From the NCBI GenBank assembly GCA_045589295.1, contig JAZNOU010000016.1:1-12564 (forward strand): 12,564 nucleotides of DNA. The letters run 5' to 3'. Within the stretch, counting starts at the first letter, position 1; the number at the start of each line of letters is the position of its first letter. This stretch comes from Clostridia bacterium. Its GTDB lineage: Bacteria; Bacillota; Clostridia; RGIG6154. The translations under genes and the position numbers were made by a program. Below are positions 1 through 7,516 of the stretch, one piece after another. The notes under the pieces are model-generated. The model was not told the DNA's origin. It searched no databases and saw only the letters and a list, made by a program, of their open reading frames with translations.

Positions 1-13
1 TCATCACGCTTTT

Positions 14-105
14 TGGCGGAGATGTAGGGATTTGAACCCTAGCGCCGGCAAAACCGACCTACCGGATTTCGAATCCGGACCCTTCAACCACTTGGGTACA
101 TCTCC
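14..105 (-). tRNA. tRNA-Ser(CGA), class II, CCA encoded
   Basis: The reverse complement folds as a cloverleaf: acceptor GGAGATG/CATCTCC, discriminator G then CCA, D arm with AAGTGG, anticodon stem CCGGA/TCCGG with loop TTCGAAA (anticodon CGA), long variable arm GTCGG-TTTTG-CCGGC, T arm TAGGG-TTCAAAT-CCCTA. Confidence 0.97.
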
Positions 106-160
106 AGATATGTTTGAACTCCGATTTGACGGAGAAAAAACTGAGCAAATTATAAAATTT

Positions 161-200
161 TGTTAGAAAAATGTTAGAAATGGCTAGAAAAACCGCTAGA
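161..200. repeat. Four phased short direct repeats (TGTTAGAAA x2, GCTAGAAA, GCTAGA)
   Basis: TGTTAGAAA at 161-169 and 172-180, GCTAGAAA at 183-190, GCTAGA at 195-200. The TAGA cores are 10-12 bp apart, about one helical turn. Confidence 0.7.
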
Positions 201-215
201 TAAGGGTGTAAAAAC

Positions 216-321
216 AAGGTTTGAACCTCGCTTAAACCCGCACGGTTAAGCCATTTGTAGGGGTACAGTTACAGTGTAACCGAGGGGATTTCGAGTCAAT
301 TTAGTTGGGGACACTTAGGGA
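216..321 (-). other. Degenerate tRNA-Ser(CGA)-like element or possible att-site remnant
   Basis: 286-297 matches tRNA anticodon region 64-75 at 11/12. 312-321 matches D-arm region 89-98 at 8/10 in nearly the same register (offsets 222 and 223). 220-227 TTTGAACC matches T-loop region 31-38. No convincing acceptor stem. Confidence 0.55.
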
Positions 322-361
322 GCAGTTTTTTAGAACTGAAAATTAAAACTTACAGTTAGAT

Positions 362-390
362 ATTATATATTTTTTTTGCAAAAATGTCAA
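362..390 (-). promoter_or_regulatory. Sigma-A promoter for the tRNA-Ser transcript
   Basis: On the minus strand: TTGACA (390-385), 17-bp spacer, TATAAT (367-362). Perfect consensus; predicted start near 355. Confidence 0.85.
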
Positions 391-490
391 GGGAAGCAAT
401 GTAAAATGTTTTATTTTATTTAAAATATTTTGCACTGCTTTGTACATATAAATTATTAATCAAAATTATTAAAAAAAAGGGTTAAATTTG

Positions 491-519
491 TTGCAGTTTT
501 TTTAAAAATGTGTTATTAT
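491..519 (+). promoter_or_regulatory. Sigma-A promoter (extended -10) for the cysE gene run
   Basis: TTGCAG (491-496), 17-bp spacer, TATTAT (514-519), with TG at 511-512 and an A/T-rich upstream region. Confidence 0.65.
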
Positions 520-556
520 ATATTAAGATAGGTTTATTGTGCGATGGAGGTGCGAG

Positions 557-1198
557 GTGTTCAAAGAGATTAAGACGGATATTGCGGCTATTTTAGACAG
601 AGACCCTGCTGCGAGAAACGCCTGGGAAGTGTTTTTTATGTATCCCGGTTTTAAAGCTATTATGAGCCATCGCATTGCTCATAAATTATATAATAAAGGT
701 CACAAGTTTATTGCAACTAAGATTTCAAACAAGACCAGAAGAAAGTATGGTATTGAAATTCATCCTGCTGCACAGATTGGTACAGGGGTGTTTATAGACC
801 ATGGCATGGGTGTGGTTATTGGTGAAACCGCTGTTGTTGGTGATAATTGTACTATTTATCAGGGTGTTACCTTAGGTGGTACAGGTAAGGATAAAGGAAA
901 GCGCCATCCAACATTAGGGAAAAACGTTTTGGTGGGAGCTGGTGCTAAAGTTTTGGGACCATTTACTGTTGGGGATAATTCGAAAATCGCGGCTAATGCT
1001 GTTGTTTTAACTGAAGTTCCGCCTGACTGTACTTGCGTGGGTATTCCTGCCAGAATTGTTAAAAAGAATAACAAAAGAGTTGGCGGTAACTTTGATCACG
1101 TCCATATGCCAGATCCTGTTTCCCAGGAACTTTGTCGTTTGAATATAAAATTAGAACAGCTTGAGAAAAAGCTTAATAACGAAAGTGAAGGTGTTTAA
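557..1198 (+). CDS. cysE: Serine O-acetyltransferase
   Basis: [32 protein letters not shown] and [17 protein letters not shown] hexapeptide-repeat motifs. Start placed at GTG 557 behind RBS GGAGGTG (546-552) rather than 539. Confidence 0.95.
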   Translation: MFKEIKTDIAAILDRDPAARNAWEVFFMYPGFKAIMSHRIAHKLYNKGHKFIATKISNKTRRKYGIEIHPAAQIGTGVFIDHGMGVVIGETAVVGDNCTIYQGVTLGGTGKDKGKRHPTLGKNVLVGAGAKVLGPFTVGDNSKIAANAVVLTEVPPDCTCVGIPARIVKKNNKRVGGNFDHVHMPDPVSQELCRLNIKLEQLEKKLNNESEGV

Positions 1199-1199
1199 A

Positions 1200-2576
1200 A
1201 TGAGAATATATAATACAATGTCAAAAACAAAAGAAGAATTCGTGCCAGTTAATGAAGGCATTGTTAATATGTATTCATGCGGTCCTACTGTTTACAACTA
1301 TTTTCATTTGGGAAATGCAAGACCATTTATAATTTTTGATACTTTAAGAAGATATTTTGAATACATTGGATACAAAGTTAATTTTGTTCAGAACTTTACA
1401 GATATTGATGATAAAATGATTAATAAGGCTAATGAACTTGGCATTACTGTTAAAGAGCTTGCTGAACAATATATCAATGAGTATTTTAAAGATGCAGAAG
1501 GCCTTGGAATCAAAAAGGCTACGTTCCATCCAAAAGCTACAGAAAACATTGATGAGATTATTAAAATTGTAAGCGACCTTATTGATAAGGGGTATGCATA
1601 CAATGTTGATGGCGATGTGTATTTTTCAACATTAAAGTTTAAAGAATACGGCAAGCTTTCAAAACAACCGATTGATGATTTGATAACTGGTGCTAGAGTT
1701 GATGTTAATGAGGATAAAAAACATCCGCTCGATTTTGCAGTATGGAAGAAACAAAAGCCCGGTGAACCTGCATGGGAAAGTCCTTGGGGAATGGGAAGAC
1801 CTGGATGGCATATTGAGTGTTCAGCGATGGCTAATAAATATTTAGGTCATACGATTGATATTCACAGCGGTGGTAAAGATTTGATGTTCCCGCATCATGA
1901 AAATGAAATTGCTCAGAGCGAATGTGCAAATGGTTGTGCTTTTGCCAAGTACTGGATGCACAACGGGTTTATAAATGTTAACAATGAGAAAATGTCAAAG
2001 TCTAAAGGTAATTTCTTTACAATACGAGATATTGCTCAGAAATATCCTTATAGAGTTATCAGATTCTTTATGTTGTCTGCTCACTACAGAAGCCCAATTA
2101 ACTTTTCTGATGATCTTTTAGGACAATCGGAAAATGGTCTTACTAGAATTGATACTTGTGCACAAAATCTTGAATTTTACATCCAAAATGCCAATGGTGA
2201 GAAAAATGTTGATTTTAAACCATACAAAGATAAGTTTATCAATGCAATGGATGATGATTTGAATACCGCTGATGCAATTTCCGTGTTGTTTGAATTAGTT
2301 AAAGATATCAATACTGCTTTGGCTGAAAATAATTTATCAAAGGAGTCTGCACAAGAAGCCTACAATCTTTTGAAAGAGCTATGTGATGTTATCGGTATTT
2401 TTAAAGAAGAAAAAGCAGATGTCTTAGAGGCAGAAATTGAAAAGCTTATAGAAGAGAGACAACAGGCGAGAAAGGATAAAAACTTTGCACGTGCTGATGA
2501 AATCAGGGATAAGCTTAAAGCAGATGGAATTATATTGGAAGATACTCCGCAGGGTGTAAAATGGAAAAGAGTTTAG
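1200..2576 (+). CDS. cysS: Cysteine--tRNA ligase
   Basis: CGPTVY, HLGNAR (HIGH-like), [30 protein letters not shown] and a C-terminal anticodon-binding domain. Start ATG 1200 (MRIYNT) with RBS GAAGGTG just upstream. Confidence 0.97.
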   Translation: MRIYNTMSKTKEEFVPVNEGIVNMYSCGPTVYNYFHLGNARPFIIFDTLRRYFEYIGYKVNFVQNFTDIDDKMINKANELGITVKELAEQYINEYFKDAEGLGIKKATFHPKATENIDEIIKIVSDLIDKGYAYNVDGDVYFSTLKFKEYGKLSKQPIDDLITGARVDVNEDKKHPLDFAVWKKQKPGEPAWESPWGMGRPGWHIECSAMANKYLGHTIDIHSGGKDLMFPHHENEIAQSECANGCAFAKYWMHNGFINVNNEKMSKSKGNFFTIRDIAQKYPYRVIRFFMLSAHYRSPINFSDDLLGQSENGLTRIDTCAQNLEFYIQNANGEKNVDFKPYKDKFINAMDDDLNTADAISVLFELVKDINTALAENNLSKESAQEAYNLLKELCDVIGIFKEEKADVLEAEIEKLIEERQQARKDKNFARADEIRDKLKADGIILEDTPQGVKWKRV

Positions 2577-2944
2577 ATATTAAACAGTATTCTGCATTAG
2601 CGCTTGCTTTTTTAGGCGATGCGGTGTATGAAATATATGTAAGAGAAAAAATATTGAGCAAGACTAATGCTCCCGCCGATGTTCTTCACAAAATGGCAGT
2701 TAAATATGTAAAAGCAGGTGCGCAATGCGAAGCTTTTGACAGAATAGAACATCTTTTAACTGAAGAAGAACTTGCTGTATTTAAGCGTGGCAGAAACGCA
2801 AAAACAAATACAAAAGCTAAAAATGCGGGCATTGCGGAGTACAAAAAAGCAACAGGGTTTGAAGCTTTGTTGGGATATCTGCATCTTGAAAACAGGCAGG
2901 AAAGATTAGCTGAGATTTTGGCAGCATGTGGCGAATTTGAATAA
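2561..2944 (+). CDS. mrnC: Mini-ribonuclease III
   Basis: 127 aa with [16 protein letters not shown] and [11 protein letters not shown] motifs and no dsRBD. Overlaps the cysS end, the usual Bacillota synteny. Confidence 0.93.
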   Translation: MEKSLDIKQYSALALAFLGDAVYEIYVREKILSKTNAPADVLHKMAVKYVKAGAQCEAFDRIEHLLTEEELAVFKRGRNAKTNTKAKNAGIAEYKKATGFEALLGYLHLENRQERLAEILAACGEFE

Positions 2945-2947
2945 ATT

Positions 2948-2986
2948 TTAAATCATTCCTTAAAATATTTTAGGGAGATGATTTAA
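2948..2986 (+). promoter_or_regulatory. Long stem-loop occluding the YitT ribosome-binding site
   Basis: TAAATCAT (2949-2956) pairs with ATGATTTA (2978-2985). TCCTTAAA pairs with TTTAGGGA (one G-U), G2977 is bulged. The SD AGGGAG sits in the 3' arm. Confidence 0.6.
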
Positions 2987-3840
2987 TGAAAAAAATTGGA
3001 GACTATTTTGTTGCATCAGCCGGATGCGTGCTTATTGCAATTGCTTTAAACAAGTTTATAATTCCGAACAGAATTACTTTAGGCGGTGCCAGTGGTATTG
3101 CTACAATTTTGGAGTATACATTAAAATTAAAACCCTCGCTTGTGATTTTGTTTATTAACGTTCCTCTCATTATTATAGCGTGGTTTGTACTAGGAAGAGT
3201 ATTTGTTAAGAAATCACTTTTTGGTGTTTTGATGCTTTCATTTTTTCTAGAGGTTACAGGATTTGGAGCACTAACAGATGATTTGTTTTTATCCTCTGTT
3301 GCAGGCGGAGTTATTATGGGTTTTGGAACAGGACTTGTTTTACTAAAAGGCTCTTCAACTGGTGGAACTGAAGTTTTGGTAAGGATTATTAACAGTTTTT
3401 ATCCTCAGTTTTCAGTCGGCAGATTAATGCTTATAGTTGACTCGGCAGTTGTGTTAGGGTCTTGGGTTGTCTTTAAAGATATCAACCTTATAATTTATGC
3501 TGTTATCGCACTTTTTGTTGCAACCAATGTTATTGATAAAGCTTTGGCAGGTGTTGATTATGCAAAAGGGATATATATCATTACATCAAAGCCTGAACAA
3601 ATTTCAAGTAAAATCATGCAGGGTCTTAAAAGAGGCGTGACAGGAATAAGTATAAATGGTATGTATACAAAAAAGAGTTCTTTAATGCTTTTATGTATTA
3701 TAAGAAACAATCAGATTTCAAAATTGAAAAATATAGTTAAGTCTGAAGATGAAAATGCGTTTGTTATTGTAACAGATGTCAGAGAAGTTTTAGGACTTGG
3801 TTTTAAAAATAACTATAATGCAAAAGGAGAGTTAAAATGA
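2986..3840 (+). CDS. YitT family membrane protein (DUF161 + DUF2179)
   Basis: Multiple hydrophobic segments with GGASGIA, INVPL, SSTGGTE, RGVTGI, GMYT and the C-terminal DENAFVIVTDVREVLGLGF typical of YitT. Confidence 0.88.
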   Translation: MKKIGDYFVASAGCVLIAIALNKFIIPNRITLGGASGIATILEYTLKLKPSLVILFINVPLIIIAWFVLGRVFVKKSLFGVLMLSFFLEVTGFGALTDDLFLSSVAGGVIMGFGTGLVLLKGSSTGGTEVLVRIINSFYPQFSVGRLMLIVDSAVVLGSWVVFKDINLIIYAVIALFVATNVIDKALAGVDYAKGIYIITSKPEQISSKIMQGLKRGVTGISINGMYTKKSSLMLLCIIRNNQISKLKNIVKSEDENAFVIVTDVREVLGLGFKNNYNAKGELK

Positions 3841-4685
3841 ATACGCAAGAGATTAACAAGCTTAAACTTGTAGCGTGCAAAATCAGAAAAGACATCATAG
3901 TTGAAGTGTTTAACGCTGCATCTGGGCATCCGGGTGGTTCACTTTCAATAGCAGACATTCTTTCTGTTTTGTACTTTAAGGAGATGAATATTGATCCTAA
4001 AAATCCAAAAGACCAGAACAGAGACCGCCTTGTTCTTTCTAAGGGACACTGCGCACCTGCTTTGTATGGAGCGCTTGCTGAACGTGGATATTTCCCAGTT
4101 GAAGATTTGGCAACTTTAAGAAAAACAGATAGTTACTTAGAAGGTCATCCTGATATGAAAGGTATTCCCGGTGTTGATATGTCATCTGGTTCTTTGGGAC
4201 AGGGTATAAGTGCAGCTAACGGAATGGCTCTTGCAGGAAAAATCGACAAAAAGGATTATATGGTATATACAATTTTAGGCGACGGTGAAATTGAAGAAGG
4301 TCAGGTTTGGGAAGCTGCTATGTATGCTGCTCACTACAAGTTGGACAATCTTGTTGCGTTTATTGACGTGAATGGCTTGCAAATTGACGGAACCACAAAA
4401 GAGGTTATGTCAGCTGAGCCTATTGATAAGAAGTTTGAAGCGTTTGGCTTTAATGTGTATGTTATTGATGCTCATGATATTGAACAGATTTCAGATGCTA
4501 TTCAAAAGGCTAAAAATAAAAATGGCAAGCCTACTGCAATTATCTGCAAATCAATAAAGGGCAAAGGTGTTTCATTTATGGAAAATGTTTGCTCATGGCA
4601 TGGTAAAGGTCCAAATAAAGAAGAAGCTGATCTTGCTATTGCCGAGCTTGAAGCTAAAATTAAAGAATTGGAGGGATTGAGCTAA
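3837..4685 (+). CDS. Transketolase, N-terminal (TPP-binding) subunit
   Basis: SGHPGGSLS, DRLVLSKGH, GSLGQG and the TPP motif GDGEIEEGQVWEA...N. ATGA overlap with YitT. Confidence 0.95.
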   Translation: MNTQEINKLKLVACKIRKDIIVEVFNAASGHPGGSLSIADILSVLYFKEMNIDPKNPKDQNRDRLVLSKGHCAPALYGALAERGYFPVEDLATLRKTDSYLEGHPDMKGIPGVDMSSGSLGQGISAANGMALAGKIDKKDYMVYTILGDGEIEEGQVWEAAMYAAHYKLDNLVAFIDVNGLQIDGTTKEVMSAEPIDKKFEAFGFNVYVIDAHDIEQISDAIQKAKNKNGKPTAIICKSIKGKGVSFMENVCSWHGKGPNKEEADLAIAELEAKIKELEGLS

Positions 4686-5623
4686 TGGCTGATAAAATTG
4701 CAACTCGTGAAGGTTATGGTAAAGGCCTTGTTGAATTTGGTGAAACAAATAAAGACTTTTTGGTTTTAGACGCTGACCTTGCAGATGCTACCAAAACAGT
4801 ATACTTTAAAAAAGCATTTCCTGACAGATTTTTCGATACTGGTATCGCAGAAGGAAATATGATGTCAGTTGCAGCCGGTCTTGCAGCATGTGGAAAAACT
4901 GTTTTTGCAAGTTCATTTGCAATGTTTGCAGCTGGTCGTGCTTTTGAACAGATAAGAAACTCAATAGTATATCCAAAGCTTAATGTTAAAATTGCGGCAA
5001 CTCACGCTGGTCTTTCTGTTGGAGAAGATGGAGCAACACATCAGTGTTTAGAAGACGTTGGTTTGATGAGAACACTTCCTGGTATGGTTGTTATGACACC
5101 GAGTGATGCCGTTCAGGCAAGATGGATGGTTAAAGCAGCACTTGAGTATGAAGGACCTATGTACTTCAGATTTGCGCGTCTTGCGACTCCTGTTATGTAT
5201 GATGAAAATACTGATTTTGAAATAGGCAAGGGTGTGGTTCTTAAAGAAGGAACTGATGTTACTATTATAGCTTGTGGTCTTATGGTAGAAAAGGCATTAG
5301 AGGCATCAGAAATTTTAAATCAGCAAGGAATTTATGCTCGTGTTATTGATATGCATACAATTAAGCCTATTGATAAAGAATTAGTACTTAAATGCGCTAA
5401 AGAAACAGGTGCAATTGTTACTGTTGAAGAACATAATATTTATGGCGGTCTTGGCTCTGCTGTTACAGAAGTTGTATGTGCAGAAAATCCTGTTCCTGTT
5501 AAAATAATTGGTACAGAGGATAAATTCGGTACATCAGGAAAACCTGCAGAACTTTTTGAACTTTATGGTTTATCTGCAGAAAATATTGCAAACAAAGCAA
5601 AAGATGCTATTAAATTAAAATAA
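4685..5623 (+). CDS. Transketolase, C-terminal subunit
   Basis: ATREGYG, LDADLA, GIAEGNM, GEDGATHQ, TIKPID and VEEHNIYGGLGS motifs. TAATG overlap with the N subunit. Confidence 0.95.
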   Translation: MADKIATREGYGKGLVEFGETNKDFLVLDADLADATKTVYFKKAFPDRFFDTGIAEGNMMSVAAGLAACGKTVFASSFAMFAAGRAFEQIRNSIVYPKLNVKIAATHAGLSVGEDGATHQCLEDVGLMRTLPGMVVMTPSDAVQARWMVKAALEYEGPMYFRFARLATPVMYDENTDFEIGKGVVLKEGTDVTIIACGLMVEKALEASEILNQQGIYARVIDMHTIKPIDKELVLKCAKETGAIVTVEEHNIYGGLGSAVTEVVCAENPVPVKIIGTEDKFGTSGKPAELFELYGLSAENIANKAKDAIKLK

Positions 5624-5646
5624 AAAAGATTTAGGAGGAATGAATT

Positions 5647-7452
5647 ATGGCAAAGAGTAGACTTATCGGCGATTATCCGGTAATCGGAATTCGTCCAACA
5701 ATTGATGGTAGAAGAGGTGTTCTTAAAGTTAGAGAATCTCTTGAGGACCAGACAATGAACATGGCAAAGGCTGCCGCAAAATTGTTTACAGAAAATCTTA
5801 AGTATTCAAATGGCGAACCTGTAAAGGTTGTTATCGCAGACACAACAATCGGTCGTGTTGCCGAAGCTGCCGCTTGTGCAGACAAGTTCAAAAAAGAAGG
5901 TGTAGATATTACTCTTACAGTTACACCTTGTTGGTGCTACGGTTCAGAAACAATGGATATGGACCCAAACACAATTAAAGCAGTATGGGGCTTTAATGGT
6001 ACAGAAAGACCTGGTGCAGTATATCTGGCAGCAGTTCTTGCTTCACATGCACAAAAGGGTCTTCCTGCATTTGGTATTTATGGTCACGATGTTCAGAATA
6101 TGGATGAATCTGATAAAATTCCTGCAGATGTAGAAGAAAAACTTTTAAGATTTGGTCGCGCGGCTATTGCAGCTGCCACAATGAGAGGTAAATCATACCT
6201 TCAGATAGGTTCTATCTGCATGGGTATTGGTGGTTCAATCATTGACGTAGACTTTATCGAAGATTACCTTGGAATGAGAGTTGAATCTGTTGACGAAGTT
6301 GAAGTTATCAGGAGAATGACAGAAGGTATCTATGACGAGGCAGAATTCCAGAAAGCACTTAAATGGGCTAAAGAAAAATGCGTAATGGGCTTTGACAAAA
6401 ACCCTGAAGATTTACAGCTTACAGCTGAACAGAAAGAAGAGCAGTTTGAATTTGTTGTTAAAATGGCTGTTATAATCAAAGATTTGATGAATGGCAATCC
6501 AAACCTTCCTGAAGGTTGTGAAGAAGAAATGGTTGGACATAATGCAATCGCTGCAGGTTTCCAGGGTCAAAGACAGTGGACAGACTTCTATCCAAACTGT
6601 GACTTCCCTGAAGCTATGCTCAACACATCATTTGACTGGAATGGTGCAAGAGAACCTTACATACTTGCAACTGAAAATGATACATTAAATGGTCTTGGTA
6701 TGCTCTTTATGAAGCTTCTTACAAACAGAGCACAGATGTTTGCAGATGTTAGAACATACTGGAGCGGAGATGCTGTTAAGAGAGCTGCAGGATACGAAAT
6801 CGAAGGAAAAGCTAAAGAAGCTGACGGTTTTATTCACCTTATCAACTCAGGTGCTTGCTGCCTTGATGCTTGTGGTGAAGTTAAAGATGAAAACGGCAAC
6901 GGCGTGATGAAACAGTGGTTTGAAATGACAGAGGCTGATTGCGACACTGTTATGAAATCAACAACATGGAATATGGCTGACCTTGGTTACTTCAGAGGTG
7001 GCGGATTCTCATCAAGATTTTTAACAACTGCTGAAATGCCTGCTACAATGATCAGACTTAACCTTGTTAAAGGATTAGGTCCAGTTCTTCAAATTGCTGA
7101 AGGATGGACAGTAGGCCTTCCTGATGAAGTTTCAGACGTGCTCTGGAAGAGAACAGACTACACATGGCCTTGCACATGGTTTGCTCCAAGATGCGATGGT
7201 AAAGAAGGAAGCGCATTTAAAACAGCTTATGATGTTATGAACAACTGGGGTGCTAACCACGGTGCTATTTCATATGGTCATATCGGTGCAGATCTTATCA
7301 CACTTTGTTCAATCTTAAGAATTCCTGTATGTATGCACAACGTTCCTGAAGATAAAATCTTCAGACCTGCTGCATGGAATGCATTTGGTATGGATAAAGA
7401 AGGTCAGGACTACAGAGCTTGTGCTAACTATGGTCCGCTTTACAAGAAATAA
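5647..7452 (+). CDS. fucI: L-fucose isomerase (family also acts on D-arabinose)
   Basis: [45 protein letters not shown] and WGANHG motifs. 601 aa; strong RBS AGGAGG. Confidence 0.96.
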   Translation: MAKSRLIGDYPVIGIRPTIDGRRGVLKVRESLEDQTMNMAKAAAKLFTENLKYSNGEPVKVVIADTTIGRVAEAAACADKFKKEGVDITLTVTPCWCYGSETMDMDPNTIKAVWGFNGTERPGAVYLAAVLASHAQKGLPAFGIYGHDVQNMDESDKIPADVEEKLLRFGRAAIAAATMRGKSYLQIGSICMGIGGSIIDVDFIEDYLGMRVESVDEVEVIRRMTEGIYDEAEFQKALKWAKEKCVMGFDKNPEDLQLTAEQKEEQFEFVVKMAVIIKDLMNGNPNLPEGCEEEMVGHNAIAAGFQGQRQWTDFYPNCDFPEAMLNTSFDWNGAREPYILATENDTLNGLGMLFMKLLTNRAQMFADVRTYWSGDAVKRAAGYEIEGKAKEADGFIHLINSGACCLDACGEVKDENGNGVMKQWFEMTEADCDTVMKSTTWNMADLGYFRGGGFSSRFLTTAEMPATMIRLNLVKGLGPVLQIAEGWTVGLPDEVSDVLWKRTDYTWPCTWFAPRCDGKEGSAFKTAYDVMNNWGANHGAISYGHIGADLITLCSILRIPVCMHNVPEDKIFRPAAWNAFGMDKEGQDYRACANYGPLYKK

Positions 7453-7455
7453 TAT

Positions 7456-7499
7456 TGCTTATTACTGCCGGCTGCCTTAAAGGCAGTCGGTATTAAGCA
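7456..7499 (+). promoter_or_regulatory. Intergenic stem-loop between fucI and the kinase (no U-tract)
   Basis: 12-bp stem 7466-7477/7481-7492 with two G-U pairs, plus outer stem TGCTTA/TAAGCA. Followed by ATATGGAGG rather than a T run. Confidence 0.7.
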
Positions 7500-7516
7500 T
7501 ATATGGAGGAATAATT

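Noticed and set aside
119-140. Hairpin CTCCG-ATTTGA-CGGAG with an A6 run as a terminator
   Set aside because: The stem is only 5 bp, and on the transcribed minus strand the T run precedes the hairpin instead of following it.
161-200. Repeats as a CRISPR or iteron array
   Set aside because: Units are ~9 bp with no spacers, and there is no cas or rep gene in the window.
201-216. TAAGGGTGTAAAAACA as a possible T-box motif for cysE
   Set aside because: It lacks the GGTGGNACC core and an antiterminator/terminator pair, and lies upstream of the predicted cysE promoter.
539-556. ORF-track start of cysE at 539
   Set aside because: The RBS GGAGGTG lies inside this extension and fits GTG 557.
1161-1199. 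ORF-track N-terminal extension of cysS
   Set aside because: It overlaps cysE; the typical CysS N-terminus (MRIYNT) and RBS point to ATG 1200.
859-1654. Short antisense ORFs 859-1074, 1344-1529 and 1388-1654
   Set aside because: Shadows of cysE and cysS with no recognisable motifs.
4372-6688. Short nested ORFs 4372-4557, 5673-5891 and 6491-6688
   Set aside because: Alternative-frame or antisense shadows inside well-conserved transketolase and fucI genes, with no independent support.
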